Below are positions 43,581 through 58,499 of a stretch of DNA of 64,000 nt, one piece after another. The DNA comes from the human T2T-CHM13v2.0 reference genome, Homo sapiens: assembly GCA_009914755.4 (NCBI GenBank), contig CP068257.2:20640001-20704000 (forward strand). Reading direction: 5' to 3'. Position 1 is the stretch's first letter. Each line of letters starts with the position of its first letter. Below the pieces are notes generated by a model. That model was not told the DNA's origin, did not search any database, and was given only the letters and a program-made list of their open reading frames with translations. The translations under genes and the position numbers were made by a program.

Positions 43581-44675
43581 CGGTCTCTTTTTATTTCTGA
43601 CAGTTTCATGTAGATAAATAAAACATATATTAAGACACAATTAGAGAATAAACAAGAAATTATTATGTTATTAGGGATGTCATTCTGAGAAGAAATTACA
43701 TTTTCAAAAAAATTATTTGAAGCAAATAGTAAGAGGTTCACATAAATTATATAAACAAAAACATTAAAGGATTAGAGGAAAGAATTGAGTTGTTGTGTGA
43801 AATTTAATTTCTGTATGCAAGACCACTTTCAGCTTGAAAGACTTTAGTAGGCCTATTACCTTATAAGCCCTGTGCTTCACTGTTCCACATGGATCTCACA
43901 GTGAGAACTTACACTCAGCTGAGAGATCTAGCAGAAAATTGTACTCATTATGCAATAGAAGAAGAGAAAAAATAGGGCAAAAATTATTTCTGAAGTTTAA
44001 ATGGATGACATGATCATCAGATTCATGAAGAAAGACAGCAGAGTCACATAATATACATGGAATGTATGAGAGAAAAAATAAAATATATTGACCAAAACCA
44101 GAAGGTTTAACACAACACCAAGAGGAGTTAAAAACTTAAGAAGAAAAAAAAAATGGAGCAAGAGTTATAATCAATAAAATAATCTATAGATTGCAATTTC
44201 TGTCATTATGCTATAAAACCTATTCATAAATGGGACTATTTCTAACCTCATCCATTGCCACTGACATTTCTTCTCTGGACTATCATATTAACTTTCTAAT
44301 TGTCCTTTATCTATTGCAAACATTTTGTCCCTTCTCCAGATAGTTACAAGATTATAGCCAGTGATTTTGTGAAACATAGTATTATCCAGATCTTATGTAG
44401 TTCCCTTGTCAAGAATACCAGTGGCCTCTGAACTCAGTCAGGGTAAAACCAAACTCCTTTCAATGTTCTACAGTGTCCTGCAATTTTCACCCCTGTTAAC
44501 TCTGACCCCATCTCTTACCGATTTTCCTCAGCTCATATAGGATTCTTTCTTTAGAGTCTTTTCACTGCTATTTTTTAAACAAATATTTTCAAATGTTAAA
44601 TGAATCATTACTTTACCCTTTTTAGCTCTTAACACACATAACACCTTCTCGATGAGGTCTTTCTGGGTGACTGCA

Positions 44676-44967
44676 TTTTTTTTAAGAGACAGGATTTCCT
44701 CTGCTGCTCGGTGGTGCCATCATAGCTCACTGCATCCTGCAACTCCTGGGTTCAACTGTTCTTCCCACCTCAGCCTCCTGAGTAGCTTGGACTATAGGCA
44801 TGGGCCACCATGCCTGGCTAATTTTATTTTTATTTGTATTTATTTATTTAGAGATGGCGTCTTGTAATATTAATCAGGCTGCCCTGAAACTCCTGGCATC
44901 AAGCATCCTACCACCTTTGCCTCCCAAAGTGCTAGGATTACAGCCATGAGCTACTGTGCCAGGCTGG
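44676..44967 (-). mobile_element. Alu SINE (older, AluJ/S-like), antisense
   Basis: ttttttttaagagacaggatttcctctgctgctcggtg…gctaggattacagccatgagctactgtgccaggctgg. Confidence 0.85.
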
Positions 44968-45829
44968 TCATTGCATTTTAATTGAAACCAACCGTGTCAC
45001 TAAATATCTGCTCCACTTTCTCTCTGGCAATCATTGCTATCTAAACTTTATAAATTGTTTTTTATTTATCTTTTCTTTTCTTTTCTCTGTTATTAGAATG
45101 TTAGCTCCAAAATAACAAGAAATTTTGTCTTATTTTTAAAAATTTTTATTGCTACGTTCCCAACAGCCTAACAGTTTATGGGATATAGCAGATGCCTAAT
45201 AATGAATGAAGACATACTTAATAATTAATTCAAGGATGATGCTTACGTGAGTAAATCAAATTTAGAATAGGATAAATAAAATCTCCCACAATTAGAGATA
45301 TCTGTATAACATTTCAGAACAAAACAAAAAGTATTATTGTGGAAAGAATAGTTAATATCTTTGGTTTTTCACATACCTGTGATCCTTACAGGGGAAAACC
45401 TTCATGTTTTGGCCATATTTCCTCAGGCTAGTTGCCAGCAACAACCCTTATTTAGCAATAAGAAGACCGTTTGCTTCATGTGTTGTCACTAGTATCTTCT
45501 TAACAGGAAAGTTAATCAAGTCTGGAAATATGTTCTATGAGTTCCATGATGCCCCTTCATGTAGATTTCCCCTATATATTGCCCTCCAAACACCCCCCAT
45601 CCTCTTCTTCTGTGCCATCATCATTTCATCTTCTAGCAGGTTGTTTGAGAAGACTGCTATTCTGGTCAAGTGAATGAACTACTAATCAGCATTGACTCTA
45701 TTCCTTTATTTTCTTGAAGGGAACCAATACATTAATGTTAACTATTACATTTTGACTGATGAGTTCATGGAGATGAATCTGACTTATGGTACGTTTGAAA
45801 AATAAGCATTGTATCTTACTTAACATAGT

Positions 45830-46330
45830 GTATTAGTCAGGGCTCTCTAAGGGGACAGAACTAATAAGATATACGCATATATGAAGGGGAGTTTATTAGG
45901 AGAATTGACTCACATAATCACATAGTGAAGTCCCACAATAGGCCATCTGCAAGCTGAGGAGCAAGGAAGCCAATTCAACTCCCAAAACCTCTAAAGTAGG
46001 GAATCTGACAGTGCACCTTCAGTCTGTGTCTGAAGGCTCAAGAGCCCCTGGTAAATCACTGGTGTAAGCCCAAGAGTCCAAAAGCTGAAGAACTTGGAGT
46101 CTAATGTTCAAATACAGGCAGTATCCAGCATGGGAGGAAAGATGGAAGCCAGAAAACTCAGTAAGTCTGCTTTCCACCTTCTCCTCCCTGCTTTATTCTA
46201 GCTGTGCTGGCGGCTGATTAGATGGTACCCACCCAGATTGAGAGTCGATCTGCCTCTCCCAGGCAACACCCTCACAGACACACCCAGGAACAATACTTTG
46301 CATCCTTCAATTCAATCAAGTTGACACTAA
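45830..46330 (-). mobile_element. MaLR-type LTR (antisense), family not resolved
   Basis: It starts gtgtattagtcagggctctctaaggggacagaactaataagatatac… and ends …caacaccctcacagacacacccaggaacaatactttgcatccttcaattcaatcaagttgacactaaatattaaccatcaca, a recurrent mammalian LTR consensus. Confidence 0.55.
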
Positions 46331-48334
46331 ATATTAACCATCACACATGGCTAATATAATTTTCCAATGACAGAAAATAGTCAATACTTCTAGAAAAATA
46401 AAACTAGGCTCCAACATACTTTATTTATAAATTATTTATTTATTTATAACAACCATCAGTTTATATAATCCCAATGAAACTTAGAGAAAATTTTAGTCAG
46501 ATATTTTAATCATTATTATATATTTATTAAAAGCCATATATAAATGTAAAATCTTTATAAAAGAGGTATGTTTGTGGCAGTAAACATAATTATTATTCTT
46601 TTATATGCAAACAATATAAATATGAGTAACATTGCACTATAAATTTTTTTTTAAGGTTTGAAGTGTAAGCAAAACTTTTTCTCTCCAGTATACAGAATAA
46701 TTCACCTGCTAGCATTATTCTTAATACAGCTGATGGCCCATCTCATTTTATTATTTTTTGAGATTGAAGTATAAATAAGTAAAATCCTCAAATAAATGTA
46801 TTTTATTATGATTTGAATGCATGAATAACATATATTATCACATCATTTTCTACATTTATTCTTATATTTAACATTATACTATAGGGTACATCCTTTTACT
46901 TAGTTTGTAAAATCAAGAGAATTGAAACAACTTTGAAATGTGTTTTTATCAATTAAAAATAATGTGATATCATTGAAATCAGAAGACAAAATTTAGTTAA
47001 GTATTTGAGTTTCAGAAAATGGTTTATTTCATTGATACTTGCAATAGATATGTAAATATTTCCGTATCAAAAGTGCATATATTTGAAAATAGAAATAATT
47101 TCCAATACATGCATTTTTGATAGGAAAGTACAATATCTAAAATACTTGGTAATAAGAAAGACAAATTATACCAACCACTAGAACTAATCATCAAATATGT
47201 TCAAGTGTCCTTTCTCATCCTCTTAAAGATGAATATGGCCATGTCATTGTTTTGGCCAAAAGAATATTAATAAAAATGATAAATGTCCCTTACTTACATA
47301 TAAATTTGAAAAGCCAGTTTAGAGTTTACCATTTTGTTTTTCTCCCAAACACAAGGATCGACAGCACTCCATATGGTGCCTGCTCCAGTATCCTGGGTCC
47401 TGAGGACAAGGCAGAGTTACAGATCTCTCAAGTAACTCACAATGCACATGGAAAACAAACTTCACTGTTTTAAGCCACCGAAACTCAGAGTTTGTATATT
47501 ACAACAAAATAACTTAGACATTTATTTGGTTAGTACGTGTTAGCATGAGAATGGGACCTAGAAATTTGAACACTAGAGTTTTTGTCTTAACAACCATATT
47601 CTATTATTTTCCATATTAAAGATTGCATGCAAATCTATTGATTTATTATTGTATCGTGACACCAGATATCTTTTAAACATGTGTTTAGGATAAGAAATAA
47701 TAGAAACTTTGAATAAAATTATTTCTTATCCCAAACACATTCTCTATATGGGAGTGAAGAATGTTTCTTGGTTGGGCTGTGAATCAACTCCCCAGTTATG
47801 GTTCTCATGGCCCTTGTCTCTTCTCTAGTCTCCTAGATCTTCATACTTCTTTTTAAACCTCCTGGACTCATTTGAGGTAAACATTGCTTGCTTTCTTCAT
47901 GATTAAATAATAATTCTTTCATAATTAAGCAGTTTTCTCAGTCTGATTCCTGCCTATATGTGACTACTGAATGCTGTTAACTAAAAAATCTCTGAGACAT
48001 AGTTCAATCAGTTCAGAGGTTCATTTTGACTAGGCTAAGAGAGTGCCCAGGAAAAAGAGACGTAAGCTACAGTAGAATCTGTTGCCTGTACTTTTTCCAA
48101 AGAGGGCTTTGAGGACTCAATATTTAAAGAAGACAGAGTGGCAGAAGGGGAAGGAGTAAAGAAAAAAAAAAAAAGAGGATAGGTAGGTTGTGAGATAAGT
48201 GGTCACATTGTTGTGAGGCTTTGATTAGTGCTCACTGAATCCACATGTTACATCTAAAAGGAGGGGAAAGAGGAACATTTGATTATGTATTTTTTAAAAT
48301 ATACACTTTACATATTACAAAAATAAACATAAAT

Positions 48335-48700
48335 TACTGAGCCATAAAAAGGAATGAATTAATGGCATTCACAGCAACCTGGAAGGAGTTGGAAACTATT
48401 ATTCTAAGTGAAGTAATTCAGGAAAGGAAAATCAAACATAGTATGTTCTCACTCATAAGTGGGAGCTAAGCTGTGAGGATGCAAAGGCATAAGAATGATA
48501 CATTGGGCTTTGGGGACTCAGGGGAAAGGGTGGGTGTGGGGTGAGGGATAAAATACTACAAATTGGGTTCAATGTATACTGCTCCGGTGATGGGTGCACC
48601 AAAAATCTCACAAATCATCGCTAAAGAACTTACTCATGTAACCAAATACCACCTGTTCCTCAAAAACCTATGGAAAAAAATTAAAAATAAATAAATAAGC
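48335..48700 (+). mobile_element. L1 3'UTR terminal fragment
   Basis: …gagccataaaaaggaatgaattaatggcattcacagcaacctggaagg…ctcactcataagtgggagctaagc…caccaaaaatctcacaaatcatcgctaaagaacttactcatgtaaccaaataccacctgt…. Confidence 0.85.
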
Positions 48701-48789
48701 ACAGAGAAAACAGTCAAATATGCATTTGTTTCTGAGTGGTTGGGGGGATGGTTTCTAGTCTTGTTTATGTCTTGTACCTGTAAAGATAA

Positions 48790-49310
<521 letters not shown>

Positions 49311-51409
49311 TGAGAAAATAACAGTCTGTAACCCAGAAGAAGACCTTCACAAGAACTTGCCCATAGTGACACCTGATCTTAGACTTGCAGCCTCCAGAAT
49401 GATGAGAAACACATTTCTGTTGATTGCATGGCACCCAGTCTATATAGAACTTTGTTACAGCAGGCCAAGCAAAGACATTAACCGAGAGTCATTTTAGTCT
49501 TGTAAAGTTACATAGAGTCTTTTGAAATTATGCAATTCTCCAAAACTTAAGAAATATCTGCCTACTTTTTAAAAAGTCATCTGGACTCATTTTTTTCTAT
49601 TCCATTTCACTTTGCTTTATTTGCAATACCCACATCTCTTCTTATTTTCTGGATGTACTTTTATTTGTGCTATATTCTCTTGCTATCTTTGCCCCATACA
49701 ACCCTTCTCTATCTTACATTAATTCAGAAAATTAGAATCTATCAGGCCTAGGCAGGAGAGCCATGCCATTAGTTTTTTCTCTAAACTACTTAATCCAATT
49801 GAAATAATTTCCTCAGGCTCTTATTTTAAATTGAACTTTTACTTTGATTTAAGTTGAGAGCTTTAAAAAAATGGATATGCCAACCACACAATTGTTTTGT
49901 GCTTTTTGCAAGGAGACTGAGAATAAATTGGTCTTTGTCATTCAAAGTATATGTCAAGTTTACTTGTTAATGTTTGGAGGTGAGAGTCGGTGACTCTTAC
50001 ACTAATACACCTCACTGAAAACATGTACTACCCTTACTCCTGTCATGCATATCTATCATGCATGCAGACTGGCCATATTTTTTTCTAAATATCTCTCTTC
50101 TTTGTAATAGTTTTTTTATTCTTATAATACTTTATCAAACACAGCCAACATGTATCTGCATGTTTTAAATATTTTGAGGCAATTTATCAAATTCTCTTTT
50201 GTGTAATAGAATATGATATAACTTCTGCAGAAATTATAATAAATTTCACTTAATCAAGTACTTCTGGCTTTTGTCTTTTTATGCCATAGTTACTTGCATC
50301 TTTAATTATTTGCAAAACAACATAAAGGCATTTCTAGTACTGATTCTTGTGGAGTCTTTTAATTTATTCTTTCAGTTTTCAAACAACAACTACACACGTA
50401 TTTTACATCCATAAAGTTCTTACTATATGGTAAAGGTTAGACTTGGCCCTTGAACTCATGAAGCGTAACCGGGGAGATACACATTAAATAAATGCAAAAG
50501 TACTGTTAATATTAGAGCTCTGAAAGAAATGAATGTGATTTTTAAAATAATTTATAATACCATATTATTAAATCGGAGGGTAAGAGTTTCATGTAGAAGT
50601 AATTCACGTAGAAAGGGCAAATGAATTACACTTTTTCACTTAGGTAGGGTAAAATAAAGCCCCAGAGATTGTATGTCTGTGAATTAATTAACAGGGTTAA
50701 AAGTGTGTCATACATTATAGACGAAACATATTCAGTTTGCATCAAAGGATTCAGTAAAATGAGTTTTACCTCTTTCGATTTTTAAAATTTTCACATTTAT
50801 TTTGAGAGCATACATTTGCCTTCTTGTCATTCATATAAGTTTTATAACCTGTTTTAATTTAAAATGTTAATATAGTAAATGTTGCTGACATCCTAAAATT
50901 ATGCTAATTAAATGTATTTCTGAGGAGAAAAAAGTTTCATTAGATGCTTTTATTTTTACTTTATCAATTAAAAATGAAAAAGTTAATTACTTAATGCTTG
51001 AATATATCTTCTTATGTATACATAAACTTTAGATAATCAGCTATTTACATCTTAAAATAATTAATATTAGAAGACATCATCCTAATAAACTATTTTAACA
51101 TTTATAATAAATATTTCTCAAACATTACCACCTGCACATATATAATGTTAACTTGAGTCAACCATACATATTGCTGTGAAACACTGGTAAGTAGAAAGAG
51201 ATATTTATTTGATGAAATTTTGTGCTTAATACTGTGAAAAGAAACAGTAGAAAAATAAGGCAGAAGGAATACATTGAGTTTTAGAGTTGAAGATACAGAA
51301 ATATATCTAAATGCACATATATAGTATGATTATATATATAATTCTATATGTAGTCTATATATTTTATGTAATGATAAATTTATAATTATTTATGTTTATG
51401 TGTTTCGTT

Positions 51410-51711
51410 TTGCTTTTTTTTCCCCCGAGACTGGGTCTCACTCTGTCACTCAGGCCGGAGTGCAGTGGTGTGATGATTACAAATCACTGCAGTCTGAATT
51501 TCAGGGGCTAAAGTGATCCTGCCATATCAGCCCCTTGAGTTGCTGGGACTACAGGCACATAACACCATGCCAGGCTATTTTTTAAAAAAAATTTTGTAGA
51601 GAGTCTCACTATGCTGTCCAGGCTGGCCTTGAACTCCTAGGCTCAAGTGATTCTACCACCTTGAGCTCCCAGAGTATAGGAATTACAGGAGTGAGCCACT
51701 GACCCTGGCCC
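51410..51711 (-). mobile_element. Alu SINE (old AluJ-like), antisense
   Basis: …gagactgggtctcactctgtcactcaggccggagtgcagtggtgtgat…ggaattacaggagtgagccactgaccctggcc. Confidence 0.85.
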
Positions 51712-52474
51712 ATATATGCATTTTTTAAGATTTCAGCAATTTAGCCTTTGGGAAGAAGAAGGCTTGTAAAGCTTCTTGCAAAATAGCAATTAATTGATAA
51801 TAAAGCAAAGGCTATGTCTGCTCTTTTTGAAGCTGTTGAAAGCAATTGTAGGATCAAAGACTGTATTTTAAAACCTGAAATTATGTATAATGTAAGAGTA
51901 GCTTTTTAAAAATACAAAACAATTTGGAGGCTACAAAAGTTAAAAAGTAACACAAGAACTTGAAACATCATATAATAAATGTAATTACGTAAACATGAAG
52001 TTCTTAATTTCTTAGTATTATCCAGATACTTGTCAGGCCTCCAGAATAATATTTTAATTTAATTTCCTAAAATGTAATGCAAATATTTCAAATAATTTAA
52101 ATTTATATTGAAGTTATCTACAAAAGTGTTGAATTACTACTTTCCTAGTAGTCATTATATGCCTTCCCAAATTTCAAATGTTAAATATCTGCTCCTCAAA
52201 AATATATTTCCTGCTTTTTCATTCAAAAATTTCCTTAAAGTTTTTAATTTATATGCACTCTCTTATTCCCTTTCTTTAACCTGTTGTCTGTTTTATATTA
52301 CATTTCCTAAATTCCATAATCTACTCACCTTAGACTTCTCTAATATGCTTTTTGTCCTTTAAAAATAAGAATCAATTTTGTCATATTTTTCTTATTTTTC
52401 CAAACCTATGTGGTGCTCTTCTTGTAAAAAATAGGACAAATTTTGAAGAATCAAGCAAGAAAAACATTAGATGT

Positions 52475-52834
52475 TGATATGGTTTGGCTTTATGTCCCCA
52501 CCCAAATCTCACCTTGAAAGGCAATCCTGTAATCCCCACGTGTCAAGGGCAGGTCCAGGTGGAGGAAATTGAAACGCAGAGACAGTTTCCCCATGCTGTT
52601 CTCATGATAATAAGTCTCATGAGATCTGATGGTTTTATAAGCATCTGACATTTCCTCTGCTTGCATTCATTCTCTCTCTTTGTGCCCTGTGAAGAGGTGC
52701 CTTCCACCATGATTGTAAGTTTCCTTAGCCTTCCACAGCCATGCGGAACTGTGAGTCAATTAAACCTCTTTTCTTTATATAAGTTACCAAGTCTCAGGTA
52801 TTCTCTTATAGCAATGTGAGAACAGACTAATACA
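52475..52834 (+). mobile_element. 5' LTR of a full-length MaLR (THE1/MST-type) element
   Basis: tgatatggtttggctttatgtccccacccaaatctcaccttgaa…gtgagaacagactaataca. Confidence 0.85.
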
Positions 52835-54434
52835 ATAAACTGGTACCACAGACAGTGGGGTGTTCCTATAAAGATCCCTGAAAATGTGGAAGCAACTTTG
52901 GAACTGAGTAACCAGCAGAGGTTGGAACAGTTTGGAAGGCTCAAAAAAGACAGAAAGATATGGGAAAGTTTGGAACTTCCTAGAGACATATTGAATGGCT
53001 TTGACCAAAATTCAGACAGTGATATAAATAATGAAGTCCAGGCTGGGGTGGTCTCAGATTGAGATGAAGAACTTTCTGGGAACTGGAATGAAGGTCATTC
53101 TTGCTGTGCATTAGGAAAGAGACTGGTGGCATTTTGCCCCTTCCCTAGAGATCTGTGGAACTTTGAACTTGAGACAGGTGATTTAGGGTATCTGGAGGAA
53201 GAAATTTCTAAGCAGCATGCAAGATCTGACATGGCTGTTCCTAACAGCATACAGTCATATGGGTTCACAAAGAGATGGTCTAAAATTGGAACTTATGTAC
53301 AAAAAGGAAGCAGAACATAAAAGTTTGGAAAATTTGCAGCCTGAACATGAGGTAGAAAGGAAAAACCCACTTTCTGGGGAAAAATTCAAGCCAGATGCAA
53401 AAATTTGAATAAGTAATGAGGAACCAATTGTTAATCACCAAGACAATGGGGAAAATGTTTCCGGGGCATGTCAGAGACCTTCTCAGCAGCCCCTCCCATC
53501 ACAGGCCTGGAGGACTAGGAGGAAAAAGTGGTTTCCTGGGCCAGGTCCAGGGCCTTGCTGCTTTGTGCAATCTGATAACTTAGTGCCCTGTGTCCCAGCT
53601 ATGGCTAGATGGGGCCAACATATAGTTCATTCCATTTTTTCAGAGGGTGCAGCCCCAAGTCTTCACATCTTACATGTGGTGTTGGGCCTCTGGGTACACA
53701 GAAGTCAAGAATAGAAGTTTGGGAGCCTCCACCTAGATTTCAGATACTGCCTGGAGGTCCAGGCAGTAGTTTGCGAGGGGTGGAGTCCTCATGGAAAACC
53801 CCTGTTAGGGCAGTGTGGAATAAAAATGTGGGGTTAGAGCCCCCACACAGAGTCCCTACTGGGGCACTACCTAGTGGAGCTGTGAGAAGAAGGCCATCAT
53901 CCTCCAGACCCACAATGTGCCTACATACATCTTGCACTGTGCACATTGAAAAGCTGCAGACACTCAATGCCAGCCTGTGAAAGCAGCTGGGATGGGGGCT
54001 GTACCCTGCAAAACCACAGAGGCAAAGCTGTCCAAGGCCATAGGAGTCCACCTCTTGCATCAGCATGACCTGGATGTGAGACATGGAGTCAAAGGAGATC
54101 ATGTTGGAACTTTAAGGTTTAATGACTGCCCTATTGTATTTCAGACCTCTATGGGGCTGTAGCCCCTTTGTTTTGGCCAATTTCTCTCATTTGGAACAGG
54201 TGTATTTGCCTAATGTCTATGCCCCCATTGTATCTAGGAAGTAACTATTAATAACTTGCTTTTGATTTTACAGGCTCATAGGAGGAAAGAAATTACCTTG
54301 CCTCAGATAAGACTTTAGACTTGGATGTTGAATTAATACTGGAATGAGTTAAGACTTTGGGGAACTGTTGAAAGGGCACACAGTTGTATTTTGAAATGTG
54401 AGGGCATGTGATTTGGGAGGGACCAAGTGCCAAA
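52835..54434 (+). mobile_element. MaLR internal region (THE1-int/MST-int-like), about 1.6 kb and non-coding
   Basis: It lies between two collinear, similar LTRs and is homologous to the internal region of the inverted element at 56987-58499. It has no pol homology, as expected for MaLRs. Confidence 0.8.
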
Positions 54435-54796
54435 TAATATGGTTTGGCTTTGTGTCCCCACCCAAATATCACCTTGAATTGTAATCCCCATAATCCCCAC
54501 ATGTCAAGGGTGGGACCAGGTGGAGATGATTGAATCATGGGGGCAGTTTCCCCCATGCTGTTTTCATAATAATGACTGAGTCTCATGAGATCTGATGGTT
54601 TTTTAAGCATCTGGCATTTCCTCTGCTTGCACTCATTCTCTCTCCTGCCGCACTGTGAAGAGGTGCCTTCTGCCATGATTGTAAGTTTCCTGAGGCCTCC
54701 CCAGCCATGTGAAACTGTGAGAAAATTAAACCTATTTTCTTTATAAATTACCCAGTCTGAGTATTTTTTATAACAATGTAAGAATGGACTAATACA
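54435..54796 (+). mobile_element. 3' LTR of the full-length MaLR element
   Basis: taatatggtttggctttgtgtccccacccaaatatcaccttgaattgtaatcc…gtaagaatggactaataca is collinear with the 5' LTR. The flanking 5-mers GATGT (52470-52474) and GATAT (54797-54801) form a TSD. Confidence 0.85.
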
Positions 54797-56598
54797 GATA
54801 TCAAGAAAAAGAATTAAGAAAATATGTATATGTAAAAATATATAGCCTTTCTCTCCTACGCTTATGGGCTAGCAAGAGTGGGTTTTAGTAAGCTACGTTT
54901 ATTTAAAAGCACTCAAATCTAGTCAGGCATGCCAGGCTACTCACACATCCTTAGGAGGCTGAGGTGGGAGGGAAACTTGAGTCCAAATCAGACTAGGTGA
55001 TATAGGAAAATTCTGTCTCGAAAAAAATTACTCAAATCTGAATTTGAAAGTTAAGTGCTCATACTTTTTTATTAAAGAAAAATTAAATATCTCAGAGGAA
55101 TTCTCAATTTCCAAATAAAATGATGTCTGTTGTTAACTGTTGTCAATGTTGGGAAAATGTACTAATTGTCTATTATCTTTGAACAACAGGATAGTGACAT
55201 CTTATACAATGAGGCAAACAAAACTAAATAAAAGTAATACATATTCAAGCTAAGGTTCCTTAACCTTTAAAATAAATATATTTTTAGACTGAATTTTCAT
55301 CACTTCATTGCAATTCTTTCTTATACATGTTTGTGTTTATTGGTGAATTTTATGAATATGTATTTTTAATTAAATTTTTAAAATAATTATTATAATTTTT
55401 TCTATAGTGTAATATAAGTTGTGCCCTCCTCATCCCCCAAAATAAGAATGTTTTCTCTCCTCTCTCTCTCTCCCTCCTGTATTGTGAATATTAGGATAAA
55501 ATCCTTTTTGTCAGACTCCATAAATCTAGAGCCAGGAGAGCAGGAAAAGGGAATGTTTATGCTTGCAAGTCAGAGAGTAAGACTATCTTAAAAACTTTGT
55601 AAAATAACCACACAAGAAATTATCTCTTTAGGACTATAGAAATTTAGATAAGATGCTCTTGAAAGAACACCTGTCCAGTAATGGCATCTCCACCAATGAA
55701 ATGATGCCAACTCTTACTCTCAGCCCCCAAAATTAAGAAACTCTGTATCCAAGCAGCTTATATGCAGCTCTCCTTTGCTAATAAAAATTTCCCTTTACCC
55801 TCTTCTCTCTCCTCTTTAGATTCATAAGTAGATTGCCATAACTGTGCATCACAGATTATAGTTCTCTTTTCTAATTCCTGTTAAATTTTAAATTCAACAT
55901 AGTTGGAGATGTTTTTTCTCTGATTTTTGTTTTGTTGTTGACTAATCTGATGTCAGAAATGGCCCTGAGCTAGATTACCTTCAGAAGAGCTTGTCAACTC
56001 TTGGAACTGGCTAGGGTACAATTGAGCCATTTGTGCTGTCTGTGTTCTATGGATTGCTCTTTTCTGCCCAGTTAACTCCTCTCAGGTTGAGCTTCCTCCC
56101 TATGGTAACAGCTCCTTGTTAACTTTATTTGTGATCTGATTTGGTTAAGGCACCTTCATAAAGGATCTTACATACCTTCTGGAACTATAAAAGGCTTTTT
56201 GCCTGGCAAATTCTTTCTGGAACAAAGACTTTTTGTCTTTCTAATCTTGGCAAGTACTCTTCTGGCTTCAGTTTTATTCTGAGTTGTGTATTTACACTTG
56301 TACCTTTGGCTGTTGATGGACCTTTCTTCTCTGTTTCTGGACATTTTCTGTGATTAATAAGAAAAACAATGGAACCCCAAAATTTCAAAGCATGCAAAAA
56401 AAATTTCTCTTCTGGTACCCCAGCCCAGACATTATAGTTCTCTCTCATGAATGTTTTTAAATCAATGGGAGAAGTACACTACAACTGATTTAGACATTCA
56501 ATGGCTGTCCTGGAGATCTTCTGAGTTTCTGAAATTTATCTTTCTCAGGACTAAAGTGGAAGACAACAGTCATAAAATTAAACAACCTGAGGAGAAGA

Positions 56599-56986
56599 TG
56601 TATTAGTTTTTGCACTGCTATAAACAAATACATGAAAGTGGGTAATATATAAAGAAAACGAGTTTAATTGGCTCATCATTCTGCAGGCCGTACAGGAAGC
56701 ATGGCTGGGGAGGCCTCAGGAAACTTTCATTCATGGCAAGAGGTGAAGGAGAAGCAGGCATGTTTTACATTAGTGGAGCTGAAGGAAGAGAGAGACAGTG
56801 GGAGGCGCTACACACTTTTAAAAAATCAGATCTCACAATAACTCACTCACTCTCATGAGAAAATCACCAAAGGAGAAATTTGCCTCCATGATCCAATCAC
56901 CTTCCACCAGGCTCCAACTCCAACATTGAGGATTACAATTTGACATGAGATTTGGGCAGGGACACAGTCCGAAAGGATATTATTCC
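56599..56986 (-). mobile_element. 3' LTR of a second, older full-length MaLR element in antisense
   Basis: tgtattagtttttgcactgctataaacaaatacatgaaagtgggtaatatataaag…gatttgggcagggacacagtccgaaaggatattattcca. Confidence 0.8.
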
Positions 56987-58499
56987 ACCCTGTCTCCTTC
57001 CAAATCTCATGTCCTTCTCACATTTCAAAATACAATCATGCCTTCTCAACAGTTCCCCAAAGTCTTAACTTATTTCAGCATTAACTCAAAAGTCCAGTCT
57101 CATCTGAGACAAGGCTAGTCCCTTCTGCCTATGAACTTGGCCAAAACAAAGGGGCTAGGGGTTCATGAAAGTCCAAAACCCAGCAAGGCAATCATTAAAT
57201 CTTAAAGCTCCAAAATAATCTCCTTTGACTCCATGTCTCAAATCCAGGGCACACTGAAGCCAAGGGTGGGCGCTCAAGGCCTTGTGAAGCTCCACCCCTG
57301 TGGCTCTAGAGGGCTAAGCCCCCACAGCTTCCCAGGTGCTAGCATTGAGTACCTGCAGCTTTTCTGGGTGCATGATACAAGCTGTCAGTTTATCTACCAT
57401 TCTCCAGTCTGGAGGATGTTGGCGCTCTTCTCACAATTCCAGTAGACAATACCCCACTGGGGACTCTTCATGTGGGGGTCTGAACTCCACATTTCTCTTC
57501 CACACTTCGCTAGTAGGGGTTCTTCCTTCAGGCTTCTACCTGGACACCTAGGCTTTTCCATACATATTCTGAAATCTAGGTGGAGGCTTCCAAGCTTCAA
57601 ATCTTGCACTCTGCACACCTGCATGCTTCACTCCCCATGGAAGCCACAGAGGCATATGGATTGCACCCTCTGAAGCAGCAGCCCAAGTATCTGGGCCCCT
57701 TTGAGCCACAGCTAGAACTGTAGCAGCCGGGATGCAAGGAGCAGTGTTCTGAGGCTGTGTAGGGCAGTGGGACCTTGGCCCTGGCCCACAAAACCACGCT
57801 GTCCTCCTATGCCTCTGGGCCTGTGATGGGAGGGGCTGCCACAAAGCTCCCTGAAATGACTTCAGGTCCTCTGTCCCATGGTCTTGGCTATTAGATACTT
57901 TTCTTCCTTTTTGCTATGCAAACTTTTTATAGCCTGCTTTAATTCCTCCTATGAAAATTGATTTTTCTTTTCTACCACATGGCCAGGCTGCAAATTTTCA
58001 AACATTTACACTCTGCTTCCCTTTGTAATGTAAATTCCAATTTCAGGTAATTTCTTTGTTCATGCATATGAGCATAGGCTTGTAGAAACAGCCAAGCCAT
58101 GTTTTGAATGCTTTGCTGCTTAGAAATTTTTTCTGCCACATACCCTAAATTATCTCTGTCAAGTTCAAAGCTCCACAGATCCCTAGAGCATGAGCACAAT
58201 GCCACCAGGTTCTTTGCTAATGCATAACAAAAGTGACCTTTACTCCAGTTCACAGTAACTTCCTCATAGCCACCCAAGACCTCATCAGCTTGGGGATCTC
58301 TGTCCATATCACTGTCAGCATTTTGGTCAAAACCATTTAATAAGTTTCTAAAAAGTTCCAAACTTTCTCTCATCTTTCTGTTTTCTTCTGAGCCTTCCAA
58401 GCTGTTCCAACCTCTGCCTGTTACCCAGTTCCAAAGCTGCTTCTACATTTTCAAGTATCTTTATAGCAGTGCCCCACTCCTAGGTACAATTCAATTTTC
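56987..58499 (-). mobile_element. MaLR internal region (antisense), homologous to 52835-54434
   Basis: Antisense ORF 57972-58400 (…ALCSCSRDLWSFELDRDNLGYVAEKISKQ…) aligns with the sense ORF 53126-53320 of the first element (…AFCPFPRDLWNFELETGDLGYLEEEISKQ…). Extended nucleotide collinearity is also seen. Confidence 0.8.

Noticed and set aside
53126-54162. Cluster of ORFs of 61-123 aa on both strands at 53.1-54.2 kb, and 57.2-58.4 kb including a 142-aa ORF
   Set aside because: They fall in the non-coding internal regions of the two MaLR elements. The similarity between them reflects the TE homology, not a conserved host gene.
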